64,000 nt of DNA from Okamejei kenojei (Eukaryota). Below, piece after piece: positions 35,955 through 50,123 of this stretch (the stretch's first letter is position 1; every line of letters starts with the position of its first letter). Under the pieces are notes generated by a model that searched no databases, was not told the DNA's origin, and was given only the letters and a program-made list of their open reading frames with translations. The stretch lies in contig CM069142.1 in assembly GCA_035221665.1 (NCBI GenBank), positions 34,410,001-34,474,000 of the forward strand, read 5' to 3'. The position numbers and the translations under genes were made by a program.

Positions 35955-36349
35955 ATATATATTAATGATCTGGATGAGGGAATTGAAGGCAATATCTCCA
36001 AGTTTGCGGATGACACTAAGCTGGGGGGCAGTATTAGCTGTGAGGAGGATGCTAGAAGACTGCAAGGTGACTTGGACAGGCTGGGTGAGTGGGTAAATAT
36101 TTGGCAGATGCAGTATAATGTGGATAAATGTGAGGTTATCCACTTTGGTGGCAAAAACAGGAAAGCAGACTATTATCTAAATGGTGGCCGATTAGGAAAA
36201 GGGGAGATGCAGCGAGACCTGGGTGCCATGGTACACCAGTCATTGAAAGAAGGCATGCAGGTGCAGCAGGCAGTGAAGAAAGCGAATGGTATGTTAGCTT
36301 TCAAAGCAAAAGGATTTGAGTACAGGAGCAGGGAGGTTCTACTGCAGTT

Positions 36350-38911
36350 CGGCGGACTGTGCATTTATGTGAACAACTCATGGTGTACAGATGCTGTCAG
36401 GATTGGTGGTCACTGCTCTGCTGACCTGGAATACCTGATGATAAAGTGCAGGCCCTTCTATCTGCCCAGGGAATTTACATCGATTGTTATCACTGCAGTC
36501 TATTTTCCCCCCGGACGCTAATGCCAGGCTAGCAATGGAAGAGCTGCAAGCTGCTATCAGCAAACAACTAACTGCACACCCAGAGGGGGCTTTTATTGTT
36601 GCGGGTGATTTTAACCACTCCAACCTTAAAACTGTACTCCCCAGATTCCACCAACATGTCTCCTGCCCAACCAGAGGAAACAATATTCTGGACCTAGTAT
36701 ACACCAATATTACTGAAGCATACAAAGCCCTCCCCCTCCCCCACCTGGGACAGTCTGACCACCTCTCTCTCTTCCTGCTCCCCAAATACACACCTCTGAT
36801 CAGACGTGTGAAACCTTACCGCGAGGAGAGTGAAGGTCTGGCCTGAGGGGGGCTGTCTCTGTTTTACAGGAACAGTTTCAGCAAACAGACTGGAGTCTGT
36901 TTGCCACTCAGGCCACCTTCAACTCCCAAGTGAACATCAACTCATACACCTCAACCGTTCTGGACTATATAAAATTCTGCACGGACAACGTCACTACCAC
37001 AAAGAGATAAAGACCTTCCCTAACCAGAAGCCGTGGATGAGCAGGGAGGTCAGACTCCTGCTGAAGGCTCGCGACGCCGCTTTTAAATCTGGCGATGCTG
37101 AGGGTTACAGCTCATCCAGGGCCAATCTGAAAAAGGGAATTAGGAATGCTAAACTTAATCACAAACGGCGGATCGAGGAGCATTTCCGAAACAACTCTGA
37201 CCCCAGGCACATGTGGCAAGGAATCAAATCCATTGCCGATTACCATAAAGTCAAACCCCCCCCCCCCCAGACAATGCCTCCCTTCCTGACGAGCTAAACC
37301 ATTTCTATGCTTGCTTTGACCGGGACAACAAAACTCCAGCCATCAAAGTTGCTCCACCCCCGCATGAACAACCCCTCAGTCTCTCCACCTCTGCTGTACA
37401 AGATGCACTGAGCAAGGTGAATGAGCACAAAGCTGCCGACCCTGATGGCATCCCCGGGCGGGTGCTCAGGGCATGTGCTGGACAACTATCCCTGGTCCTC
37501 ACTGACATCTTCAATCTGTCACTGGCCCAGGGTGTCGTCCCCACTTGCCTCAAGACATCTACCATTGTGCCAGTGCCCAAACAATCAGCGACAGGGAGTC
37601 TCAACGACTTCCGGCCAGTGGCACTCACCCCTGTCATCGCCAAGTGCTTCGAGCGGCTGATCTTGGCTCACCTCAAAGCCAGCCTCCCCCCCACACTGGA
37701 CCCCCATCAGTTTGCCTACCGGACCAATAGGTCAACAGAAGACGCCATATCTGCGGCCCTACACTCTGCCCTGACCCACCTGGACAGCAATAACACCTAC
37801 ATCAGGTTGCTGTTCATTGACTTCAGCTCCGCCTTTAACACTGTCATACCCGCTAGCTTGATCACCAAACTCAGCGGTCTTGGCATCTCCACTTCCCTCT
37901 GCAATTGGACACTGGATTTCCTCACTAACAGACCTCAGTCTGTTAGGGTCAACAACCTCACCTCCTCCACTATAACACTGAACACTGGCGTGCCACAGGG
38001 CTGTGTGCTCAGCCCACTCCTCTACTCTCTCTTCACCCATGACTGCATCCCTAAGTTTAGCTCCAACGCCATCATAAAATTTGCCGACGACACCACGGTG
38101 GTAGGACTGATCAGCAACAACGACGAGTCAGCCTACAGGGAGGAGGTCCAGCACCTGACAACCTGGTGTGCCAACAGTAACCTCGTCCTCAACTCCCAGA
38201 AGACGAAGGAAATCATTGTCGACTTCAGAAAGAACAGAGGGGGCAGACACACCCCCATCCATATAAACGGGACTGAGGTGGAGCGGGTCTCCAACTACAA
38301 ATTCCTCGGGGTACACATCTCGGAGGATCTGTCCTGGTCCCTCAACACCTCCAAGCTGATCAAAAAGGCGCAGCAGCGCCTTTACTTCCTGAGGAGGCTC
38401 AAAAAAGCCCACCTGTCCCCCCAGATCCTGACCAACGTTTACCGATGCACCATTGAAAGCATCCTGACCACCTGCTTTACGGTATGGTACAGCAGTTGCA
38501 TCGTAACAGACAGGAAGGCACTACAACGGGTGGTGAAAACCGCCCAGCACATCATCGGTGCCCCGCTCCCTGCCATGGATGCCCTCCACCGAAAACGGTG
38601 CCTGAGACGGGCCGGGAAGATCATCAAAGACCCCTCCTACCCTAACCATGGACTGTTTGCCCTCCTACCATCAGGGAGGCGGTACAGGAGCCTCAGGTCC
38701 CACACTAGTAGGATGAGGAACAGCTTCTATAACAACACCATCACACTGCTGAACTCGGAGTCCCGCCGATAGATTTCTCCAGTCTCTCCGTCCACATTGT
38801 CTGCATTCTGTATCTATTTATATATTGCTATTACTACGAACTGACGCTAAACTGCATTTCGTTGTACCCATACTTGTATCTGTGCAATGACATTAAAGTT
38901 GAATTGAATTG
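36350..38911 (+). mobile_element. Rex1/Babar LINE, 5'-truncated; RT-to-C-terminus open over 37417-38772
   Basis: [58 protein letters not shown]; (TTGAA)n tail. Confidence 0.85.
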
Positions 38912-40940
38912 AAGTTGTACAGGGTCTTGGTGAGACCACACCTGGAGTATTGCGTACAGTTTTGGTCTCCAAATCTGAGGAAGGACATTATTGCCATAGA
39001 GGGAGTGCAGAGAAGGTTCACCAGACTGATTCCTGGGATGTCAGGACTGTCTTATGAAGAAAGACTGGATAGACTCGGTTTATACTCTCTAGAATTTAGG
39101 AGATTGAGAGGGGATCTTATAGAAACTTACAAAATTCTTAAGGGGTTGGACAGGCTAGATGCAGGAAGATTGTTCCCAATGTTGGGGAAGTCCAGGACAA
39201 GGGGTCACAGCTTAAGGATAAGGGGGAAATCCTTTAAGACCGAGATGAGAAAAACATTGTTCACACAGAGAGTGGTGAGTCTCTGGAACTCTCTGCCACA
39301 GAGGGTAGTTGAGGCCAGTTCATTGGCTATATTTAAGAGGGAGTTAGATGTGGCCCTTGTGGCTAAAGGGATCAGAGGGTATGGAGAGAAGGCAGGTACG
39401 GGATACTGAGTTGGATGAACAGCCATGATCATATTGAATGGCGGTGCAGGCTCGAAGGGCCGAATGGCTCACTCCTGCACCTAGTTTCTATGTTTCTATG
39501 TTTCTAAGTCAATGCCGTGTAAAAGCTAGCTTCTTCCAGCTTCGGACGATAGCTAAAATAAAACAATTCCTCCAGTTTGATGACCTTGAAAAGATCATCC
39601 ATACATTTATCTCCTGCTGCTTAGATTGCTGTAACTCCCTTTACACTGGCATCAGCCAATCTTCCCTGTCCCGCCTGCAAATGATCCAAAACGTTGCAGC
39701 GAGACTCCTGACAGGCACCCGAAAAAGGGACCACAACATCCCGATCCTGGCCTCTCTCCACCGGCTCCCTGTGCGGTTCCGAATAAATTTCAAGACCCTC
39801 CTCTTTGTCTACAAAGCCCTCAATGGGCTTGCACCCACCTTAAAAGTCTTCTCACCCACTACACCACCTCCAGGTCCCTCAGATCGGCCGACTTGGGGTT
39901 GCTGAATGTCCCGCGGTCTAGGCATAAGCTCAGGGGCGACCGACCGCGCCTTTGCGGTCACAGCTCCTAGACTGTGGAGCAGCATCCCTCTTCCCATCAG
40001 AACTACCCCCTCCATCGACTCCTTTAAGTCTAGTCTAAAAACGTATCTGTTCTCCCAAGCCTTTCCTGACGTCCTCTGAGCGAGGGCTATTTGTATTTAT
40101 GTATGTAGCCTGCTTGTGTATACTGCTCTTATAACAAATGTAAAGCACTTTGGCCGACGAGAGCTGTTTTTTAAAAGTGCTCTATAAATAAATGTGACTT
40201 GACTTGACTTGACTCTGGTTTGTTCTCGTATTTTCTTGATTCGTGTTCCTCCCCTCCCCCCCCCCCCCCCACCACACAAGCAGTCTGAAGAAGGGTCCCG
40301 ACCTGAAACATAACCCATCCACGTCCCCCAGAGATGCTGCCTGACCCGCTGAGTTACTCCAGCATCTTATGTCTACCTTTAGTATAAACCTGCATCTGCA
40401 GTTCCTTTCTATTACATTTCATTCCACCTCTCACTCATTGGGCTTTGGCCTGTCCCCTCCTCTCCTCCAGCTAACTCCACCCCCCCTTCCACCACCACCA
40501 CAATCAGTCTGAAGAAGGGTCCCATCCCGAAACGTCGTATTTCCGTGTTCTCCAGAGATACTGCTTGATCTGCTGAGTTACTCCAGCACTTTGTGTCTTT
40601 TTGCTGTAAAGCAGCATCTGCAGTTCCTTGATTCTCCATGCTGCTGGCCTTCATTTTGCCCAAAGCTGGATCAGCCTTCCCGTTGTTGTTCGGCAGTAAG
40701 GTGCATGGTGGTGCTGGTGCAAAGACTACCTTACCTCCCACAGATTCCCTCCATGCTAGAGGACCCTTTCTCATGTGGATGGCTATTTAGTTCAGGGGTA
40801 CAGCATGGAAACAGGCCCTTCAGCCCACTGAGTGCATGCCGACCATCCATCATCCATTCACACGAGTTCTATGTTATCCCACTTTCTCATCCACTCCCGA
40901 CATACTGGGGGCAATTTACAGAGGGACAATTAACCTACAA

Positions 40941-41105
40941 NNNNNNNNNNNNNNNNNNNNNNNNNNNNNNNNNNNNNNNNNNNNNNNNNNNNNNNNNNNN
41001 NNNNNNNNNNNNNNNNNNNNNNNNNNNNNNNNNNNNNNNNNNNNNNNNNNNNNNNNNNNNNNNNNNNNNNNNNNNNNNNNNNNNNNNNNNNNNNNNNNNN
41101 NNNNN
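40941..41105. other. Assembly gap (165 N) within a minus-strand V-SINE
   Basis: Run of N with SINE sequence on both sides. Confidence 0.97.
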
Positions 41106-41796
41106 CCCAGGTCTGTCGGCATGAGGCAGCGGGTCTACCCACAGCGCCACCTGTTCCTCTTAGCCTGAACAGGGGAGAAGAATGAAAGCGAGAGACCTTT
41201 TTATTCCTCTGTGTATGGAGGATTGAGCTGGATGTGGGTGGCATAGGGTAGGATGTCAAGGGAAGGGTAAAAGCAGGGTGTGGTGTCGGAATGAGTATGT
41301 GTGGAGATTAGGCAAGGATTAATAGGCTGTGTGACGAACAACTTCTCTCTGTCTCTTACGAAGCAAGAACACAAAGGAGGGCGTTTTCTGTGTGGGGTTT
41401 ACCTTGATACAACTTGTAAGGACATGAAATATCTCTTGACGTCGCTCCTTCATACGATGATTCTTGACCCAGTCACCTCCTCTTTGACTCTAAGAGGCAT
41501 AGTCATGGAGTCATACAGCACGGAAACAGGCCCTCTGCCCCAACTTGCTCATGGGAATAAAATGTCCCAGCTACACTAGTCGCACATGCCTGTGTTTGGC
41601 CCATATCCCTCTAAACCTGTCCTATCCATGTACCTGTCCAAATGTTTCCTACACGTTGCAATTGTCCCTGATATGGTGCCCCCGGTAGATCCTCCCCCCT
41701 CCCCCCTCAACTCACGCAGAGAATCTGCGGTGACAGAGTCGCTGCCTCACAGCACCAGAGACCCGGGTTCGATCCTGATCTCAGGTGCTGTCTGAA

Positions 41797-42225
41797 TAGG
41801 GTTGCTAACTGTCCCGTATTAGCCAGGACATCCCGTATATTGGGCTAAATTGGTTTGTCCCATATCGTCCTGGTCCCGTATTTGACTGCTACTACTCGGG
41901 TCGAGGGGACTGTCGGCTCGGAGCACCGCACCCGGCCCCGCCTCACCCGTCCCGACATTGTGCAGCAGCAGCGCCTCGCCCGGGGCCCCGTCGGTCGGCA
42001 GCCCGGCCAGCAGTCCGACCTTCGGGCCTTCGCTTACCGCTGACGCCACCACCCCTCCTTCTCATGGCCAATCATCGGTTCACGAGTTGCACGGGTGCTG
42101 GACTTTGCGTGCAACAGAACACAAAGCCCAGCTGGCGTGCCAGCTGAGGGGTCTTGGCCCGGGTGCTGGACTTGGCCCTGGCCAAAACTCCTCAGCACCC
42201 GGGCCAACTCATCATGACGAGGAAA
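41797..42225 (+). mobile_element. hAT-like DNA transposon left end, GC-rich
   Basis: TAGGGTTGCTAAC terminus and repeated GTCCCGTAT subterminal motifs; right end not found. Confidence 0.5.
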
Positions 42226-42589
42226 CACTTTTTCTCAGAGAGTCGTGAGACTTTGGAATTCTCTGCCTCAGAGGGCGATGGAGGCCGGTTCTCTGGATAC
42301 TTTCATGAGAGAGCTAGATAGGGCTCTTAAAGATAGCGGAGTCAGGGGATATGGGGAGAAGGCAGGAACGGGGTACTGATTGGGGATGATCAGCCATGAT
42401 CACATTGAATGGCGGTGCTGGCTCGAAGGGCCGAATGGCTTACTCCTGCACCTATTGTCTATTGTCTATTGTCCATTGTCTATCATTCACCCAGCCTTGG
42501 CCGAGTCGGTCAGCAAATTGCCCCGGACTTGGTGAGTTGGTTGACGTCCTGTCACTTTCCGTTAATCAGTTGCACGCCTGGTTTGTCGA

Positions 42590-42681
42590 AAAGATCAAAA
42601 TTCGAAGTATGGTTTCTACTGAATGTTTATCGTAAAGTTGAAATATCGTAAGTCAAAGCTTCGTAGGTCGAGGAGCATCTG
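42590..42681 (+). mobile_element. Tigger/pogo-like right end
   Basis: ...CGTAGGTCGAGGAGCATCTG|TA terminus and AAATTCGAAGTATGGTTTCTACTGAATG, recalled as Tigger-like. Confidence 0.55.
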
Positions 42682-44530
42682 TACTATGTAATCTCCAGGG
42701 GGCCACGCTTACGGACAGACCTGATACAACAGCGTGCGTGTCCGTGCGTGTGCGTGCGCGTGCGTGCGTGTTGCATGTGCTGTTGATGCCATGCACGAGT
42801 GATTCACCTGTCATCCAATCACAGGCCCCCTTATGCACATCAGGGTCTCGACCCGAAACATCATCCATTCATTCTCTACAGAGATGCTGCCTGTCCCGCT
42901 GAGTTACGCCAGCTTTTTGTCTCTATAAAGTAAATAATGTGTAGTGTGACATAAGGTTCAGTAAAGTCTGATTAAAGATAGTCCGAGGGTCTCCAATGAG
43001 GTAGATGGGAGGTCAGGGCAGCTCTCTAGGTGTCGATAGGATGGTTCATTGTATGAAAACAGCTGGGAAGAAACTGTCCCTGAATCTGGAGGTGTGTTTT
43101 TACACTTCTGAGGTCGGCTGTAGTGGAGATGCTGGCAAGTTGCTGCTGTATGCATGCCATTGGGAATGTACCCTTAAGCAACGACGCCCTTCCACGCTGC
43201 GGCGTATCTAGGTGTGTACCTTCACTAGAATGAGTTGGGTGTGGATCTGTCAGATAGCACTCAAGTCCCGCTTCAGGGCTTGATCACGTGCTGATAATGT
43301 CAGAGTGCATTTTAACAAGCTATTTCATAATCTGTAGCTGGGAAAGCCTTGTGCATATGCACCATATGCACCACATACTTAGCAGTATTTAAGAGTCAGA
43401 TAGTCCTGACGCAGCTCTATAAGACTTTGGTTCGGCCACAGTTGGAGTATTGCGTGCAGTTCTGGTCACCCCATTACAGGAAGGATGTGGAGGCTTTGCA
43501 AAGGGTTACCATTATCATAATAAAATACATAAAATGTTGAAGTAACTCAGCCAGTCAGGCAACATCTCTGGTGAAAATAGATAGGTGACATTTCGGATCT
43601 GGTATGATGCCTGGGTCAGGGTGTATCCGTTCAAAGGGAGAGCTTGGACAGACTTGGATTGTTTGCTCTGGAGCAGCGGAGCTTGAGGGGAGACCTGACA
43701 AGAGCAGATAACATTTACCAGAGGCACAGATAGGATAGACAGTCAGGACCATTTTCCAGAGTGGAAGTATCAAAGACTGGAGGGCATCGTGTTAAGGTGA
43801 GAGAGGGAAAGTTTAAAGGAGATGTGCAGGGCAAGTTTTTCACAGAGTGGCGGTGAGTGTTGCCAGGGGTGGTGGAGGCAGATGCAATAATGGTGTTTAA
43901 AAGAATTTTGAGCAACCACATGGATAGGCAGGGAGCAGAGGGATATGGATCATGTTCAGGCCTGTACAATAGGTCTTGGCATCATGTTCAGCACGGATAT
44001 TGTGGGCCGAACGGCCTGTTCCTGTGCTGTACTGTTCTAAGGGCATTTAGAAAATCCAGTTTCTAAACCGAGTTGAGTCATTTCTGCTTTTGTCACAATA
44101 CACCGACATGTGATAAAGTATAAAACCACATGGTATTAAAATTTGATACAGTATAAAAACATGTGGTATTAAAATTTGCATTTTTGTTTAAATATTTTAC
44201 AATTAAATATCATGGTTTAAATTGTCCTGTGCATGTATAATTTTAAAAGAAACTGCATAGCTCTTTAGCTTGAGAAATTGAATGATTTTGTAAGGCAAAA
44301 CACTAGCAAACTATAGCAGATCAGGATTGTTCAATGAAACGCTGTAATCCAAGGTTACTGGTTGTTGAGACAAATGTGACCTTGATAGTAACATGATTTT
44401 AATGCCAAAACCAAGCCTTATTAATGCAGACTGCATGGGTACAAACATACAGAATAGTCAGTCACAATTTAAAAAATGTTAATTGCTGATAATTTTTCTT
44501 CATCCTTGGCAGTTGAAATATGTGGAGACA

Positions 44531-44777
44531 CTAGACCAAGTGGGACCCGTTAGGCCCCGTCCCCCAACGCGGGGGGGGGGGGGGGGGGGGGGCGCGGCAT
44601 TGGTGCTCACCTCGGAGCAGGAATATTATGGAATTTATAGAAACAATCAATTGTCCCCACGTTGGGGGAGGGGGCGGGGTGCGGGAGCAGGAGTTTGGGG
44701 GGGGGACAGGAGGTGGGGATGGGGGTGACTCGTGAATGGGCATCTTGGCCAGGCCCGGGAGCAAGCCTACAGGGATA

Positions 44778-44810
<33 letters not shown>
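44531..44810 (-). mobile_element. Helitron-like 3' end
   Basis: Minus strand hairpin GGGGCCTAACGGGTCCC then ACTTGGTCTAG|T; 5' extent uncertain; long G and C homopolymers. Confidence 0.5.
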
Positions 44811-44811
<1 letters not shown>

Positions 44812-45064
44812 ATCGGCCCTCTCCACTCCCTGCCTTATGTCCAAACACCAGGAACATGGGACTAAAATGCAATCAGAACTCGAGGAGCAGGCCCTTCAGA
44901 TATTCGTACAGAGGCAGAAACCTCACACACTACATATACACGTGGAACACGGTCTCTCCCTTGCCGCAGAAAATACAGGAGGCCGGCAAGCCCATGAACC
45001 GGCCCTGTGCAACACTCTCTACCCTTCTCTCCCTCTCTACCTCTCTACCCCTCTCCCCCTATGG

Positions 45065-45592
45065 CAGCTTTGGCCAGGTTTTAGACACCATGTTATAGGA
45101 AAGATGTTGTTAATCTGGAAAGGGTACCGAGAAGATTTACGAGGATGTTGCCAGGACCTGAGAGCCTGAGCTATGGGGAGAAGTTAAGCAGGCTAGGATT
45201 CCACTTCTTGGAGCACAGGAGAGGATGAGGAGTGATCTTATAGAGATGTATAAAATCTTGAGAGGATTAGATTGGGTATACGCACTCTTTTGCAGAGTGG
45301 GGGAATTGAGAACCAGAGGACATCGGTTTAAGGTGAGGGGGTAAAAAAATTAATAGGAACCTGAGGAACCTGAACATTTTCATTAAGTGGGTGGTGGGTG
45401 TATGGAATGAGCTGCTGGAGGAGGTAGTTAAACAGGTACTATCACAATATTTAAGAAACATTTAGACAGGTACATGGGTAGGATAGGTTTAGAGGGATAT
45501 GGGCCAAACGTAGATAGGTGGGACTAGTGTGGATGGGATATTTTGGTTGGTGTGGGCAAGTTGAGCCCAAGGGCATGTTTCCACGCTGTATG
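45065..45592 (+). mobile_element. CR1 3' fragment
   Basis: Homologous to the other CR1 3' ends in the window. Confidence 0.6.
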
Positions 45593-46909
45593 ACTTCCGG
45601 CTGCCCGCCCTCCCCCTTGAGAATGTTCTTGTTTTATTTACATTTGGGTTTTCACCCTTTGGCATTGTTTGTTCTGTGTAACAGTGGAATTCCCCCGTCT
45701 GATTACTTAGAGCAAATAAACAGTGGTCAAACAGATACTGCAGCACATTGCATGTTGTTGTTTGAGGAAACACCTGTGTGTTTGCACCACCCATATCCCA
45801 GGGAATGGCTCCGTAACCACCATGCCCCATCTACACTAGTCACACCTGCACGCGTTTGGCCCATGTCCCTCTAAACCTGACCTATCCATGCACCTGTCCA
45901 AAGGTTTTTAAACGTTGCTACAGCACCTGCCTCAACCACCTCCTCCGGTGTCAATAAAAGTTGACCCTCGGGTTCCTATTAAATCTTTCTCCACTCACCT
46001 TAAACCTATGTCCACTCGTTCTCGATTCCCTTACTGCAATGCTCACTCCCCCTATTCCAATCACATATGCACACTCTTGTGCGCCCACACCCGGTGTTCA
46101 CATCTATGCCTTCTTCCACAGTCTGGAGATTTTCACCTCCTAATGCAGGTTGAATATACAGCCTTCCTAGAAGACACACACAAGCCACTCTCTCTCCCCC
46201 CCACCCACACACACACACACAAGCCACTCTCTCCCACTCACTCACAAGCCACTCTCTCCCACTCACACACCTGTCTCACACTCACTCACACACCATTCTC
46301 TCACACATACATTGGGTTAGGAGGGAGAGATAGACCAGCCACAATTGAATGGCGAATGGCCTAATTCTGCTCCTATCCCTATTCCTTATGACCACTCACT
46401 CACTTTTACTCCTAAAATACCTGTGGAATCTCTTGGGATTTCCCTTTACCTTGCCTGCCGTCTCCATTTCCTGTGCAATGTTTGCCCTTTAAACTGCCTT
46501 CTTAAGCAACCCCTACACTTCCCATAGCCGCTTTACAACGCAGCCTCCGGCGTAAAAAGAGCACAGCAGTCGGCCAGCGTTTGCCAAACCGGTTGACATC
46601 TGGCCAGTTTACCAGTTTGCAGCCGTGAGCCAATTGGGAAGTGCTGACATTGTAATGAGCTCATAAGCTGACAGTACAACCCACACACACACCCCCTCAT
46701 CGAGGAGCACCTTGTTTAACTAGTCCCTGCATTCGCAGCACCAAGCGTCTGCAGCAACCTGGAATACAGAACTTAAACAACTTGCGGCTGCAATGTTTTT
46801 CTTTACATAGAACTGCTGCTCAAAGTCGCGGTTAAAAGAGACTGCCAGCTCTATCTGAAACTTGAGGAACGACTGAGTACAACCCAGACGGGTGCCTGGA
46901 CCTACAGGG

Positions 46910-46979
46910 ATGGAGTTGCCGCGTTCGACTTCTTTGAAGATTGCAAACTTTCTGATATTCTCTCTGATTCTCTCGTTTG
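46910..46979 (+). CDS. CD101: CD101/IGSF2-like exon 1 (signal peptide)
   Basis: GGGATGG Kozak context; MELPRSTSLKIANFLIFSLILSF then G|GTGAGT phase-1 donor. Splices in frame to 60733 to give ...LILSFETCIA-QRQVILPEGP. Confidence 0.75.
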
Positions 46980-49900
46980 GTGAGTAGCCAGTTTATCGTT
47001 GACCCATGTTAGTCCTTGTGGACCGAGCACCTCTGTCCCATGCTGGGGGATGTCACGCCTTGTTTTAACCTGTCAGGGTAATGACGGCTCTCAAAGCCGC
47101 ACCTTTGGTGGAACTGCCCCTGCCGACTGCTGTAAACCAGAGAGTCGCAGCAGCAAGGAGCTAAAGTCTTCTGTGCTAGTAATTATTAAACGCCTCAGAG
47201 AAACGCTAGCTTGCATTTGTATTTGCATGAAATGTCACAAGTTCTTTATACGGTTTCAGCAAAAAATGATTGAGATATTAATATCGGTCACAGAGAGTCA
47301 TAGAAACCCGTCCCTTCGGCCCACCTTGCATGTGCTGACCTAGTCGGTACACTGTACCACTCTGCGATTTGCCTGCATTTGGCCCATAGCCCTCCGAACC
47401 GTTCCTATCCAATTACTTGCCCAAATGTTTTATTTAATCTTGAGAGGAATGGATAGGGTGAATGCACCCAGGGTGGGGGTATCAAGAACCAGAGAACATA
47501 TGTTTAAGGTGAGAGGGGAAAGATTTAAAAGGAACCTCAAGAGCAACTTTTTCAGTCAGAGGGTGGTGGGTGTATGGAATGAGCTACCGAAGGAGGTAGA
47601 TAGTGTAGGTAACCTGAGGCAGGTATTTACATGTTTTAATTTACATTTGCAACATATAAAATACATTTGGACAGGTACATGGATGGTAATGTTTTAAAAA
47701 GATATGGACCAAACACTGGGATAGCTTAGCATAGCACTGGTACCAGCATAGATAGGGCATATTGGTCAGATGGGCTGAAGAGCCTGTTTCCACTCTGTAT
47801 GACCCAGCTCTAAGTCACAATTGTATCTGCTTCAATAGCTTCCTCTGGCAGCTTTATCTTTCAGTTTAAAGATACAGCAGGCCCTTCAGCCCACTGAGTC
47901 TGATTACCATTGATCATCCATTCGCACAAGTTCTATGTTATCCCACTTTCTCATCTTTACAATCCCTACACAATTTACAGAAGCCAATTAACCTACAAAT
48001 CTGCATGTTTTTTGGGATGTGGGAGGAAACCGGAGCACCTGGAGGAATCCCATGCTGTCACTGGGAGACTCCACACACAGACAGCATCTATTTGCCTGCC
48101 TTTGCCCCCATATCCCTCCAGACCTTGATTATTCGTAAATCAATCCAGATGTCTTCCCTCTCGCTTTCTCAAATTCAGTCAAGAGTGTTTTATTGTCCCA
48201 AACAGAATAATGAAATTCTTACTTGCAGCAGCACAACAGAATATGTAAATATAGTACTCTGTAAACAATATGATAAACAAAAAAAAGTTTAGTGTATATA
48301 TATGTAGTACTTAACTTTTTTCTTGTTTATTATACTATATATTCTGAACTTTCTTTATTATATATATATGTGTGCGTGTTTTTCCATACACAATATACAC
48401 AAATATATGTATATGTATATATGTGTATATATACACAAAAACATGTGCATTAGTGCAAAAATAAAACCAATGTCCCCAAGTCCATATAGTTCCGATCATA
48501 TTTGGAGGTTGTAGTATTCCATAGCCTGATGGTTGTTGTGAAGAAGCTGCTACTGATCCTGGACGTTACAGTTTTCAGGCTCCTGTACTTTCTTCCCGAT
48601 GAGAGGAGTGAGATGAGAGCGTGGTCAGGGTGGAGTGGTCTCTGATGATGCTGGCTGTCTTTTTAAGGCAGCAACTCCTGTAGATCCCTTCAATGGTGGG
48701 AAGTTCAGTACCAGTTGAATGTCACAAAAAAATGCAGAAATTGTCACCACAAAATGTGACTGTGTCTGTATAGTAGCTGCTCTGAATAGTGCAACCAAAC
48801 GCAGTCATTTTGACATTTTGAAGAAGGGTCTCGAACCGAAACGTCACCTATTCCTTTTCTCCAGAGATGCTGTCTGACCCGCTGAGTTACTCCAGATTTT
48901 TGTGTCTATCTGCAGTCATTTCAACATATTTGTTATCTACAACCGTGGCATCTATATATTCAACAGACGTTGTTCAGTAATTGCTTGTGGGTTAGGTCTC
49001 TCTGAACTTTCAGTGAACTTCACTTATTAAGAAGTACTTTGGATATACAAATAGATGTAATTATTTGGCCCCAGTATAGTAATATAGCTCAGGAACAGGC
49101 CCCACACGTCCATGCCGGCAAAAATATACCCCATCAAAGTTAGTTCCATTTGTCTGCATTTGATCAATATCCCTCTAAACCTTTCCTATCCATGTACCTG
49201 TCCAAATGTCTTTTAAAAGTTGTTATTTTACCTGCCTCAACTACCGTCTCTGGCAGCTTGTTCCATAAACCCACCGCCCTCTGTGTGAAAAAGTTGCCCC
49301 TCAGGTTCCTATTAAATCTTGCCTCTCTTACCTTAAACCTCTGTCCACTGGTTCTTGATTCCCCTGCTTTGGGTAAAAGACCCTATCATGATTTTGAACA
49401 CCGCCATAAGATCACCCCTCACCCTCCTGCGCTCCAGGGAATAAAGCTCTAGCCTGCCCAACCTCTCCCTGTAGGACCCAGAGAAAACCCATGCGGTCAC
49501 AGGGAGAACGTACGGCCAGCACCTGCGTTTTGGTACCCGGCGCTGGGAGGCAGCAGCTCCACCGCAGCATCACCGTGTTGCTCGTGTTGAGAGGAAATGG
49601 TTCAAGTCTCAGTCTGTGGCCTGGCAGGAAATTGGTAGCGTGACAGATGTCTGCAACCTCACCTCATGCCAGTAGTTTCAATGAGGTTAAAAAGTGGGCG
49701 GCAGATTTAATCATGTACATCATTTGCAACGGTATGAAACCAAGAATACGGTAACATCCTCTATCTGTTGGTGCAATTGTTCCGATAACCTATGTATTCA
49801 ATGTATGGAGAAACAAAGAACTGCAGATGTGGTTAATACATAAAAAACTTTACTTTCGACTTCAGAGATACAGCGCAGAAACAGGCCCTTTGGCCACTGA

Positions 49901-50123
49901 GCCCGCGCCGATCAGTGATCCCCACACACTAGCACTACCCTACACACTAGCGGCAATTTACAATTTTTACCAAAGATGATTAACCTACAAAGCTGCATGT
50001 CTTTGTCGTGTGAGAGGAAACCGGAGCACCCGGAGAAAACCCACACGGTCATGGGGAGAATCTATATACTCCGTACAGACAGCACCCATAATCAGGAACA
50101 AACCTAGGTCTCAGGCGCTGCTA

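Larger units (their letters stand above)
35819..39505 (+). mobile_element. CR1 LINE (35819-36349 and 38912-39505), split by Rex1
   Basis: KFADDTKL, WQMQYNVDKC; resumes [13 protein letters not shown]; (TTTCTATG)n tail. Confidence 0.8.
35152..40214 (+). mobile_element. L2 LINE (35152-35818 and 39506-40214), split by CR1 and Rex1 insertions
   Basis: [38 protein letters not shown]; 3' part LQMIQNVAARLL; AATAAA and (GACTT)n tail. Confidence 0.8.

Noticed and set aside
40591-41259. ORFs spanning the N run
   Set aside because: Artefacts of the assembly gap.
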